64,000 nucleotides of DNA, taken from the NCBI GenBank assembly GCA_042584585.1, contig JBHOSQ010000005.1:1-64000 (forward strand). Reading direction: 5' to 3'. The position numbers were made by a program, and so were the translations under genes. Of the stretch, positions 1 to 7,722 are shown one piece after another (position 1 is the first letter of the stretch; every line of letters begins with the position of its first letter). Source of the stretch: an archaeon. GTDB lineage: Archaea; B1Sed10-29; WALL01. The notes below the pieces were generated by a model. That model was given only the letters and a program-made list of their open reading frames with translations. It ran no database searches and was not told the DNA's origin.

Positions 1-1470
1 CCCGTAGCCCCAACCGTCCCCGCTGTTCCTGTCGGCGAGCAGGACTTCGGCGAACTAATCGCCGAGAGCGGCATCGCAAAGATTTACAAGACCAGCACCG
101 GCAAAGTCGTCTACAGCGTCCCCGTGCCGAGGCCCACCGGCCCCGAGCGCCAGCTCCTTGACACCATCAAGGAAGCAGCGACGCGGCTCATCACCGTGAC
201 GCCCGAAGAAATCGCGGACCCGAACGAGCGCCGCGCGTTCTTCAAGAAGCGCGTGCTGGAAATAATCGAGGCGTCGCCCGAGCTCGGCGTCGCCCCAACA
301 AAGATTGACTTTTACGCGGACACGATTGTGCGCGAAATGATTGGCTACGGCTCGCTCGACCTATTGCTCGGCGACGACCAGCTGGAAGAAATAATGGTGA
401 TTGGCCCGCACAAGCCGGTCTATGTCTTCCACCGCAAGCACGAAATGATTGCGACCAACGTCGTGTTCGGCAGGGACGACGACATCCGCGCGATTGTGGA
501 CCGAGTTGCCCGGGACGTCGGCAGGCGGATTGACGTCAAAGACCCATTGCTGGACGCGCGCCTCCCGGACGGGTCTCGTGTTAACGCAACCATTCCCCCG
601 ATTTCGCTTGAGGGCTCGACCATCACAATCCGCAAGTTCCGCGAGGACCCGTACACAGTGGTCGACCTAATCAAGTTCGGCACGCTTAACGCCGACTTAG
701 CGGCGTTCCTGTGGATTGCCGCGGAAGGTCTGAAGGCCAAGCCCGCGAACATACTTGTGTCCGGCGGCACCGGCTCCGGAAAGACGACGACACTCAACAC
801 GCTCGCCGCGTTCATCCCGCGCACGGAACGCATCCTCACGATGGAGGACACGGCGGAAATCAAGATTCCGGTGGAGCACTGGATTCGGTTCGAGACCCGC
901 CCCCCTGGAATTGAGGGCACGGGCGAGGTCACGATGGACACGCTCGTCAAGAACTCGCTGCGAATGAGGCCGGACAGGATTGTTGTGGGTGAAGTCCGTG
1001 GCGGGGAAGCGTCCACGCTGTTCACCGCGATGAACACGGGGCACGACGGCTCGTTCGGCACAGTGCACGCGAACGACTCGCGTGAAACTCTCGTCAGGCT
1101 AAAGAGCCCGCCGATGAACGTTCCCGAGCTCATGCTCGCGGCGCTTAACCTAATCATTGTCCAAAAGCGCATCCACGACCGGCGCAAGGGCACCATCAGG
1201 AGGGTGACCGAGGTGGCCGAGGTCACGGGGGTCCTCGAGGGCAATCCCCAGATAATTTATCTTTATGAGTGGGACGCGGCGACGGACACCATCAAGCCTA
1301 CGGGTGTCCCGAGCAAGTTCTTGAACGAGCTGAGCAAGTACACCGGCTTGTCCCACACCGAAATCCAGGCCGAAATCAACCGCCGCAAAGACTTCCTCGA
1401 GCAGATGGTCGAGCAGGAAGTCACGGGCATCACCACGGTGTGCGACAAAATCCACGAGTTTGTAGGATAG
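1..1470 (+). CDS. Type IV pilus assembly ATPase (TadA/CpaF/VirB11 family), 5' partial
   Basis: Frame is open from base 1. Walker A GGTGSGKTT, Asp box EDTAE, LRMRPDRIVVGEVRG and MNTGH motifs are present. Confidence 0.95.
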   Translation, partial: PVAPTVPAVPVGEQDFGELIAESGIAKIYKTSTGKVVYSVPVPRPTGPERQLLDTIKEAATRLITVTPEEIADPNERRAFFKKRVLEIIEASPELGVAPTKIDFYADTIVREMIGYGSLDLLLGDDQLEEIMVIGPHKPVYVFHRKHEMIATNVVFGRDDDIRAIVDRVARDVGRRIDVKDPLLDARLPDGSRVNATIPPISLEGSTITIRKFREDPYTVVDLIKFGTLNADLAAFLWIAAEGLKAKPANILVSGGTGSGKTTTLNTLAAFIPRTERILTMEDTAEIKIPVEHWIRFETRPPGIEGTGEVTMDTLVKNSLRMRPDRIVVGEVRGGEASTLFTAMNTGHDGSFGTVHANDSRETLVRLKSPPMNVPELMLAALNLIIVQKRIHDRRKGTIRRVTEVAEVTGVLEGNPQIIYLYEWDAATDTIKPTGVPSKFLNELSKYTGLSHTEIQAEINRRKDFLEQMVEQEVTGITTVCDKIHEFVG

Positions 1471-1473
1471 ATT

Positions 1474-2745
1474 ATGGCAGAGATACGCAAAATCATAACT
1501 GCCGACGAAAAGGCGAAGAAGGAAGAAGAAGAGCTGAAGAAGCGCCTCGGCCGGGCCAAGGTCGAGAAGCTCCCGACCCGCGGCTACGAGCACGCGAAAG
1601 TCGACGACATCGTCTCGCGCATGAAGCAGCGCTTTGACGCGCGCGGCTACGGAAAAAAAGAGGGCAAGGGCGCGGAGCTCAAGAAAAAAGTCGCTGGCAG
1701 GCGCGCAATGAGCATGGACCAGCGCGACCCGACCGAGCTCGTGCTCGCAAAAGGCGGCTACGCCAAGCTCGTCGGGAAGCTTTACAAGCGGTTCCATTTC
1801 CTCAACGGGTTCAGCGACCGGCTCAGCAAGTACGGCGCCGCCAAAAAAGTCCCGTTCGACCTTGATAAGGCAAACATGAACTACAGCTCCAAGCAGTTCT
1901 TTGCAATGGCCGCGGTCGCGAGCCTTATTGCATGGGGCTTCTCGATTTTCATGATTCTCGCGCTTTCCCTAGCCGTCTTCCCGGCGAGCGTGGCGGAAAT
2001 CGCGGAAAAAGCCGCGGCCCCCGAGTCTCCGCTGGTCGCGATGGCCGTGGCACAAGGGGTTTCGCCGGACCTAATCCAGATGGCCGTCGGGCTACTGCTC
2101 CACGCGGGGCTTGCTTTCCTGCTTTCGTTTGTCGTGATGGTCATGGCAATCGTGGTGTCGATGCAGTGGCCTGCGAACGTCGCGTCGAAGCGCGGGAAAG
2201 CAATCGACAAGGAAATGCCTTTTGCCTTGCGGCACATGGCCACGGAAGTCAAGGCGGGAATCGGCATCCACAAGACCATGGAAAGCATTGTCGAGGCGGA
2301 CTACGGCGAGTTAAGCGTCGAGTTCGACCGGACCCTGCGCGACATTGACAAGGGCATGAGCACCGAGGACGCATTGATGGCAATGAGCCAGCGGGCGCCG
2401 TCGGACAACCTGTCGAAGTCCATCATGCACATGGTTAGGACCCTTAAGACGGGCGGAAATTTGTCCGCCATCATCACGACCATCGCGAGCGAAGTGGCTT
2501 TCGAGCTGCGGATGAAGATGCGCGACTTCGTGGAGCGGCTTAACCTGATTGGGCTTTTTTACATGATGCTCGGCATCGTGGCGCCGGTCTTCGTGGCGGT
2601 GCTTGCCGGAATCCTTAACGCAATCCCGACGATTGGGCTTGCCGGCGTTTTGGGCACGGAAGTATTGTTCTTGATTTACTTCGTGCTGATTCCGATGGCG
2701 CTGTCGCTCATATTGTACATAATAAAAGTAATGCAGCCGATGTGA
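1474..2745 (+). CDS. Type IV pilus platform membrane protein (T2SS-F/TadC-like)
   Basis: 'IDKEMPFALRHMATEVKAG' and 'YGELSVEF' T2SSF-like segments, several TM helices, directly downstream of the ATPase. Confidence 0.88.
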   Translation: MAEIRKIITADEKAKKEEEELKKRLGRAKVEKLPTRGYEHAKVDDIVSRMKQRFDARGYGKKEGKGAELKKKVAGRRAMSMDQRDPTELVLAKGGYAKLVGKLYKRFHFLNGFSDRLSKYGAAKKVPFDLDKANMNYSSKQFFAMAAVASLIAWGFSIFMILALSLAVFPASVAEIAEKAAAPESPLVAMAVAQGVSPDLIQMAVGLLLHAGLAFLLSFVVMVMAIVVSMQWPANVASKRGKAIDKEMPFALRHMATEVKAGIGIHKTMESIVEADYGELSVEFDRTLRDIDKGMSTEDALMAMSQRAPSDNLSKSIMHMVRTLKTGGNLSAIITTIASEVAFELRMKMRDFVERLNLIGLFYMMLGIVAPVFVAVLAGILNAIPTIGLAGVLGTEVLFLIYFVLIPMALSLILYIIKVMQPM

Positions 2746-2746
2746 A

Positions 2747-3604
2747 ATGGGAATTTACGAGAACTACAGCAATGCCGTGAAGTACGTGAACCCGGGGCTT
2801 GAGCCAGACTTCGTCATAGGCATTGCCTTGTTTACGTCAGCGGTTTCCCTGGTCTACGTCGGGCTGTTCATCGACTTGGTCCTTGGCGGGCTTTTGGCCA
2901 TCATGATTTTCGACTTGGCGCTCGGGTACCCGATGTTCATGCGCGACAAGCGCATCACGGAAATCGAGGAGACGCTGCCAGACGTGATGTCGCACATGTC
3001 GACGAGCCTTAGGGCCGGGTCTACCGTGGAATCGGCCTTGAAGGAAGTCGCGAGCTCTGGGTACGGCCCAATCAGCATCGACTTGCGCAACATGCTCCGG
3101 GAAATCAACGAGGGCAAGACGTTCGAGGAAGCGTTCCTTGACTTCGGGAGAAGGACGGAGTCCGTCATCGTGCAGCGCAGCGTGAACGTCATCGTCTCCG
3201 CAAAAAGGACGGGCGGCGGATTGGTGGACGCATTGGCCAGCATTTCAGAGGACATGCGCCAGAACTTGCGCCTGTTCAAGGAGCGGCGCGCCAAAACAAT
3301 GGTCCAGGTTTTGTTCATTGTAGTCGCAGCGAATTTCGTGGCGCCGTTCATCTTCGGATTGGTGGCCGGAATCATTTTGTTCCTCGCGCAGATTGGAGGG
3401 GAGTCCCCGGCGATTTTCGACACCCTGATTTTCTATTTCAAGGGCTACCTCATCGTGTCCGCTTTGTTCTCTGCGATGGCGTCGTCGATGATGCGGGAGG
3501 GCAACATCACGAAGACCGTGATTTACGCCCCGATTCTGCTGGTCATTTCGTACGTCATATTCGTGGCAGTGAATTACTTCGCGAACATCTTCTTTGTCGT
3601 GTAA
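2747..3604 (+). CDS. Type IV pilus platform membrane protein (T2SS-F/TadB-like)
   Basis: 'IEETLPDVMSHMSTSLRAGSTVESAL...YGP' T2SSF signature and TM helices. Confidence 0.88.
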   Translation: MGIYENYSNAVKYVNPGLEPDFVIGIALFTSAVSLVYVGLFIDLVLGGLLAIMIFDLALGYPMFMRDKRITEIEETLPDVMSHMSTSLRAGSTVESALKEVASSGYGPISIDLRNMLREINEGKTFEEAFLDFGRRTESVIVQRSVNVIVSAKRTGGGLVDALASISEDMRQNLRLFKERRAKTMVQVLFIVVAANFVAPFIFGLVAGIILFLAQIGGESPAIFDTLIFYFKGYLIVSALFSAMASSMMREGNITKTVIYAPILLVISYVIFVAVNYFANIFFVV

Positions 3605-3607
3605 TTG

Positions 3608-3649
3608 CGAAACCTTTATAAATACGCCCCACGTTAGCGTAGCTGGAGG
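3608..3649 (+). promoter_or_regulatory. Internal BRE/TATA promoter and Shine-Dalgarno for the probable major pilin
   Basis: CGAAACC-TTTATAAA (TATA at 3615-3622), with GGAGG at 3645-3649 before ATG 3658. Confidence 0.6.
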
Positions 3650-3657
3650 AATCCATC

Positions 3658-4023
3658 ATGAAAAAAGGTCAAGGCTCTTTGGAATATCTCTTAATACTCG
3701 CGGCCATTTTGGCTATTGCCGTGGTTGTCGTGGTGGTGGCGAACTCGCTGCTTTCCGCGCCACAGCAGCAGACCAAGCTTGGCGAAGACAAGTACACCTG
3801 CAGCCTGCAGGGCATCGAGCTCGTCGGCTACAGCACTCCGGGCGTAGTCCCAGGCGTCAAGTACAGTGGAGAGACGTGCACTACAACTGCCACTGACACC
3901 GCCACTGGTGCCTCGTGCACTGTGCACGACGCAAGCGGCAACGATGTAGAGGTCAAGGTTCTGCAGGACCCGAACTCAATCACCTGCCAGTTCGATCCGA
4001 TAACTGCTTCACCCCCGGCATAA
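3658..4023 (+). CDS. Type IV pilin with class III signal peptide, probable major pilin
   Basis: MKKG|QGSLEY followed by a long hydrophobic helix. It has its own promoter and a 3' hairpin. Confidence 0.88.
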   Translation: MKKGQGSLEYLLILAAILAIAVVVVVVANSLLSAPQQQTKLGEDKYTCSLQGIELVGYSTPGVVPGVKYSGETCTTTATDTATGASCTVHDASGNDVEVKVLQDPNSITCQFDPITASPPA

Positions 4024-4055
4024 GAGGAGGGATAATCCCTCCCCTCTTATTTTTT
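4021..4055 (+). terminator. Stem-loop followed by T-run after the pilin gene
   Basis: TAAGAGGAGGGA-TAA-TCCCTCCCCTCTTA (imperfect inverted repeat) followed by TTTTTT. Confidence 0.6.
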
Positions 4056-4080
4056 ATACCACTACCGCCTAGGCTTATCC

Positions 4081-4263
4081 ATGCGCTTGCTTCGTGAGGA
4101 AAGGGCACAGACGAGCCTGGAATACCTTTACCTGACGGCTTTCGTTATCGGCCTCGCCGCGGTGACGGCGGTTCTTGTTACTGATGTAATGCATATCCAG
4201 GAACAGGCCCGGGACCGCGTGGCGGACGTCCGGGACAAGCTCATCGGCAAGCTCACGAAGTGA
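4081..4263 (+). CDS. Small class III signal-peptide pilin
   Basis: ERA|QTSLEY plus hydrophobic helix, 60 aa. Confidence 0.8.
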   Translation: MRLLREERAQTSLEYLYLTAFVIGLAAVTAVLVTDVMHIQEQARDRVADVRDKLIGKLTK

Positions 4264-4269
4264 TCCCAA

Positions 4270-5148
4270 ATGGCTACTGTTCTCCTCGCACTCGCTGGCC
4301 TAGCGTATGCGTCCTTCACCGACCTGAAGGAGCGCATTGTTCCGGACTGGCTGAGCTATTCCATGGTCGCAATCGGCCTCATGTACCACTTGGGGCTCTC
4401 TGTTTTGGAGTGGTCCCTCCACCCATTTCTCCTGTCCGCGGGCGGCGCTGTGCTGGCTTTTGTGTTTGCTTACGCCCTGTGGCGCATTGGGGCGTGGGCT
4501 GGCGGAGACGTCAAGCTCTTCACAGGCCTTGGAGCCCTTGTACCCCTCGTTTTCCCGTTCATAACCTTCCTCAACTCGGTCATCCTGTCCTTTCCGTTCC
4601 TGATGCTCTACGTCTTTGCCAAGACCGCCACTGCCCCGGGCCTCAGGAAAGTGTTCAAGACCATGATTTTCCGCGGCGTGAAGCGCGGTGTTGCACTCGG
4701 CGCGGTCGGGGCACTAATCGCGTTCGTGACAAACCCGGCGCTCACCCCCACAGGGGTCTCCACCGTGTTCGCTTCCGCCCTTTTCATGACTTTGTTCTGG
4801 GAAGTGATGTCTTACGGCAGGGAAAAGGCGCTCCGCTCCCGCATTCCCGTATCCAAACTTGAAGAGGGAATGATTTCGGCGGAATTACTCTACCTCGACA
4901 AGGGAAAGCTAAAGAAATTTACCCCCACTATCGTCCAAAAGCTAATCTTGTTCGAGCCGAAGAAAACAATCGCTTCGTTTTACCAGGCAGCGGGTTTAGA
5001 AAAGAAGGACATCGCGGCCTTGAAGAGGCACGGCGTAAAGTCTCTTTTGGTTAGGGAGTCGATGCCGATGGTTCCCGTGTTGTTTTTGGGTGCTTTGTCC
5101 GCGGAGCTATTCGGGAACTTGGCGCTGTTGTTGTTGGAGATGCTTTGA
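4270..5148 (+). CDS. Prepilin peptidase (A24 family, EppA/FlaK-like)
   Basis: N-terminal 'TDLKERIVPD' Asp motif, 'GGDVK' GxGD motif, C-terminal 'MPMVP', multipass. Confidence 0.9.
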   Translation: MATVLLALAGLAYASFTDLKERIVPDWLSYSMVAIGLMYHLGLSVLEWSLHPFLLSAGGAVLAFVFAYALWRIGAWAGGDVKLFTGLGALVPLVFPFITFLNSVILSFPFLMLYVFAKTATAPGLRKVFKTMIFRGVKRGVALGAVGALIAFVTNPALTPTGVSTVFASALFMTLFWEVMSYGREKALRSRIPVSKLEEGMISAELLYLDKGKLKKFTPTIVQKLILFEPKKTIASFYQAAGLEKKDIAALKRHGVKSLLVRESMPMVPVLFLGALSAELFGNLALLLLEML

Positions 5149-6192
5149 GTATTGCTCAAGAAGTATCCGCCTTATTACCGGCGGGGCCTGCTCGTCCTTG
5201 AATATTTCTTCGTGCTCTTTTATGGCGAGCATTACGTCGGTGAATGGCTGTGAGTAGTACTGGTCTTTTTTCGTGATTAAGTCGAATATGTAGAGCAGCT
5301 TGTTGCCGCTGATGGGGCTGTATCCGCCGTGCTGCTGTGACAGCTTGATGTGCTCTTCGAAGAGCTTCCTCTGCTTTTCGTGGAGCTCGTCGAGTGAAAA
5401 GTCGGCCAAGGCCTTTTCCGTGATTTCTGTAGCCACTTTTTTGCTTTGCTGCTTGCTCCTCCACAGCACGAACAATCCAGCCATCGCAATCACTGCAATG
5501 ATGCCCACGACTATTGGGATGACGTTTTCTTTGGCGACGTCGCCGGCGGATGGGACGTAGGCAATCACCACTGTTTTTTCTTCGGTGTTCCCGCCTGGGT
5601 CCCTTGCTGTAATTGTAACCTCGTTCTCCCCTTCTTTGAGCTCGTGCTCAAACGTGAACACGCCGCTGCGCTCGGCCCAGTACTCGCCGTTGCCAACGGT
5701 GATCTTGACTTGGCAGTTCTCGCGCTCGCCCCAGAACCCCACGAAGTTGTGCCGCTCACACACGGTGGCGGCGTCGGTCCAGCCGCTAATCGTAATCGTC
5801 TGCTCACCGCTCTCGGCGGGCAACTTGTCCACATCAAGCGCAACAGAGTCGTCCCACGACACGACCTCGAACGCGTTGGACAAGTCGTATTCTCCGGGTT
5901 GGGTTGCTTTTAATTCCCAGAGAACTTCCGCTCCAGTTTCAGCCACTAAGGAATCCACAGTAATAGTTTCTGCTTTAGCTTGGACAGAATTCAGTGATTT
6001 GAATTGAGAGACAACATCAAAGGCATTCACTCCCACCCGCGCGTCAAGTTTCACATCTACCACTACAAATTGGTGGTTTTCTGTTAATTCAACGGGATTG
6101 TCCTTAACACCATAACTAAAATCACTCTTCTCCAGCGCGCTGGCTGCCAGTACTGTGCTTATGAGCAGAATGAGCATCAGGCCGCGCTTCAT
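5107..6192 (-). CDS. Secreted/membrane-anchored hypothetical protein with Ig-like segment
   Basis: Signal peptide, 'LKEGENEVTITARDPGGN' Ig-like strand pattern, one TM helix and a cytoplasmic tail. Confidence 0.65.
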   Translation of the reverse strand: MKRGLMLILLISTVLAASALEKSDFSYGVKDNPVELTENHQFVVVDVKLDARVGVNAFDVVSQFKSLNSVQAKAETITVDSLVAETGAEVLWELKATQPGEYDLSNAFEVVSWDDSVALDVDKLPAESGEQTITISGWTDAATVCERHNFVGFWGERENCQVKITVGNGEYWAERSGVFTFEHELKEGENEVTITARDPGGNTEEKTVVIAYVPSAGDVAKENVIPIVVGIIAVIAMAGLFVLWRSKQQSKKVATEITEKALADFSLDELHEKQRKLFEEHIKLSQQHGGYSPISGNKLLYIFDLITKKDQYYSQPFTDVMLAIKEHEEIFKDEQAPPVIRRILLEQYSKHLQQQQRQVPE

Positions 6193-6233
6193 CGACCCTT
6201 ACAAAACGCGCGTGGTTTTTAAGGATTTGCCTG

Positions 6234-7148
6234 TCATACCGGCTCGTAGTACTTCTCTAGGTACGTTCCACCCGTGGTCTCGAGTTGGAGCAAGGTGTCG
6301 CCAGTTCCGGAGACGTAAATGTCTGCGTTGGCGCCTGGCAGGAACGGACTCGTCGGCTGGAGCACAACAGTCAAGTGGCAGTAAGTCGAGTTTTCGTCAG
6401 AGGCAAGCGTCGCGAGCGTCACCATGGCCATGCCGTAGGCGTCGCGGTGGCTCCACTTGTCCGCGGTCTTGCACATGCCCTCGAAGTCTTCGCTCGTGTC
6501 AGGAGCTGAGCTATAAGCCACGAGCACGTCTTGGTCTTCGTAAGTAAAGTAGTGGTCAATCACGAACTCGCCCGTGACTGGAGTGACTTCAAAGAAGTAA
6601 GTGGCATGGCACTGGCTGTTTTCTATGCCGTGTACGGTGTAGCCTAGGCTTTCTTTGTCCCACATCTCGCCCTTGACGCACGCGGGGTTCACGTCAGCCA
6701 ATTCTTGGTAAAACACGCCCATCTTTTCGGCTGTGGAAAGCATGGCGGTCTTCAATTCACCTTGGCAGTACTGCGTGAGGTTCTCGGGGTTGTACACTTC
6801 GCTGTCCATTGGCACGAGGCAGTCCATGGACTTGCCTTCCCACGCGAGGACGCTTGCTTTGAGGTCTTCGGGGTAGTACTGCATTTCAGGAGTGGCGTCG
6901 CTCACGGAGTCGATGCGAAGAATCATGTCGCACATTCCGTCTTTCTCGCCCGCCATGGACATGGAGAACGATGACGCCTCCGTGCCTTGCGTTACTTCGG
7001 CTGGCGCGCAGTCTTCCGCGGCCTCGACAAAGCAAGTCAAGTTGTCCCCGCAGTTAATTGGCTCAGCCTGTCCCTCACCCGAAGGCAACAACAACACTAT
7101 CAACAAGCCGACAATCACGGCGCCAATAACAACAAATTTTATTTCCAT
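6234..7148 (-). CDS. Membrane-anchored Cys-rich extracellular hypothetical protein
   Basis: N-terminal TM, 'CGDNLTCFVEAAEDCAPA' motif, two C-x5-W...CH repeats. Confidence 0.65.
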   Translation of the reverse strand: MEIKFVVIGAVIVGLLIVLLLPSGEGQAEPINCGDNLTCFVEAAEDCAPAEVTQGTEASSFSMSMAGEKDGMCDMILRIDSVSDATPEMQYYPEDLKASVLAWEGKSMDCLVPMDSEVYNPENLTQYCQGELKTAMLSTAEKMGVFYQELADVNPACVKGEMWDKESLGYTVHGIENSQCHATYFFEVTPVTGEFVIDHYFTYEDQDVLVAYSSAPDTSEDFEGMCKTADKWSHRDAYGMAMVTLATLASDENSTYCHLTVVLQPTSPFLPGANADIYVSGTGDTLLQLETTGGTYLEKYYEPV

Positions 7149-7153
7149 CCAAA

Positions 7154-7708
7154 TTACCTCAGTTCTTTTAACAAAGAGAGGTCAAGCCGCCCTGTCGCAG
7201 TTATGTACTCTCCTTTTTTCCAATCTTGTTTGGCCTTCAACCACTTTTTTTCTGTTGAGCCCAATATTCGCCACTTTTTTTCTGTTGAGCCCATTATCGC
7301 CGCATTTTCGACGAAAACAGGGATTCCAGCATCAACCAGCAGCCAATTCTGCTTTCCACCGGATTCATAAATCCGCTTTATTTCTCCCTTAATAGTTTTT
7401 CTGAAACTCTTAACGTCAGACTCTATTTCTTTTTCTTTGGTGGTGATTTGTTCTGGATGGCATATAATCAAAAATGCCACCCAGTTGTTTTTTTTGTTAA
7501 TGTTCTCTAAATAATCGTCAAGATGTTTAAGTGCGTAAGGAAGGAATCCCCTGAAGGTGTTCCCATTTACCTCCATAATTGCATCATCATCACAGCCTTC
7601 GTAGCCTTTCCCTAAATTATGAATTACTCTTTTCAGGACCCCCACGAAGTGATTCTTTTCAAATTCCTTGTAGTCCATGTGATTTTCCCCAAATTCTTTG
7701 TAATCCAT
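7154..7708 (-). CDS. AT-rich hypothetical protein, candidate immunity protein
   Basis: Starts 14 nt after the stop of the toxin-like ORF, with SD AGGTGAG. No signal peptide, AT-rich. Confidence 0.55.
   Translation of the reverse strand: MDYKEFGENHMDYKEFEKNHFVGVLKRVIHNLGKGYEGCDDDAIMEVNGNTFRGFLPYALKHLDDYLENINKKNNWVAFLIICHPEQITTKEKEIESDVKSFRKTIKGEIKRIYESGGKQNWLLVDAGIPVFVENAAIMGSTEKKWRILGSTEKKWLKAKQDWKKGEYITATGRLDLSLLKELR
7241..7293. repeat. Tandem direct repeat, 23-bp identical unit, 30-bp period
   Basis: CCACTTTTTTTCTGTTGAGCCCA at 7241-7263 and 7271-7293, encoding GSTEKKW twice. Confidence 0.9.
7649..7708. repeat. Imperfect 30-bp tandem repeat at gene start
   Basis: Encodes MDYKEFGENH / MDYKEFEKNH. 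Confidence 0.85.
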
Positions 7709-7722
7709 ATACTCACCTTTAT

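Noticed and set aside
7241-7293. Repeat pair as a possible mini-CRISPR array
   Set aside because: Only two units with a 7-bp spacer, in frame within a CDS, and no cas genes.
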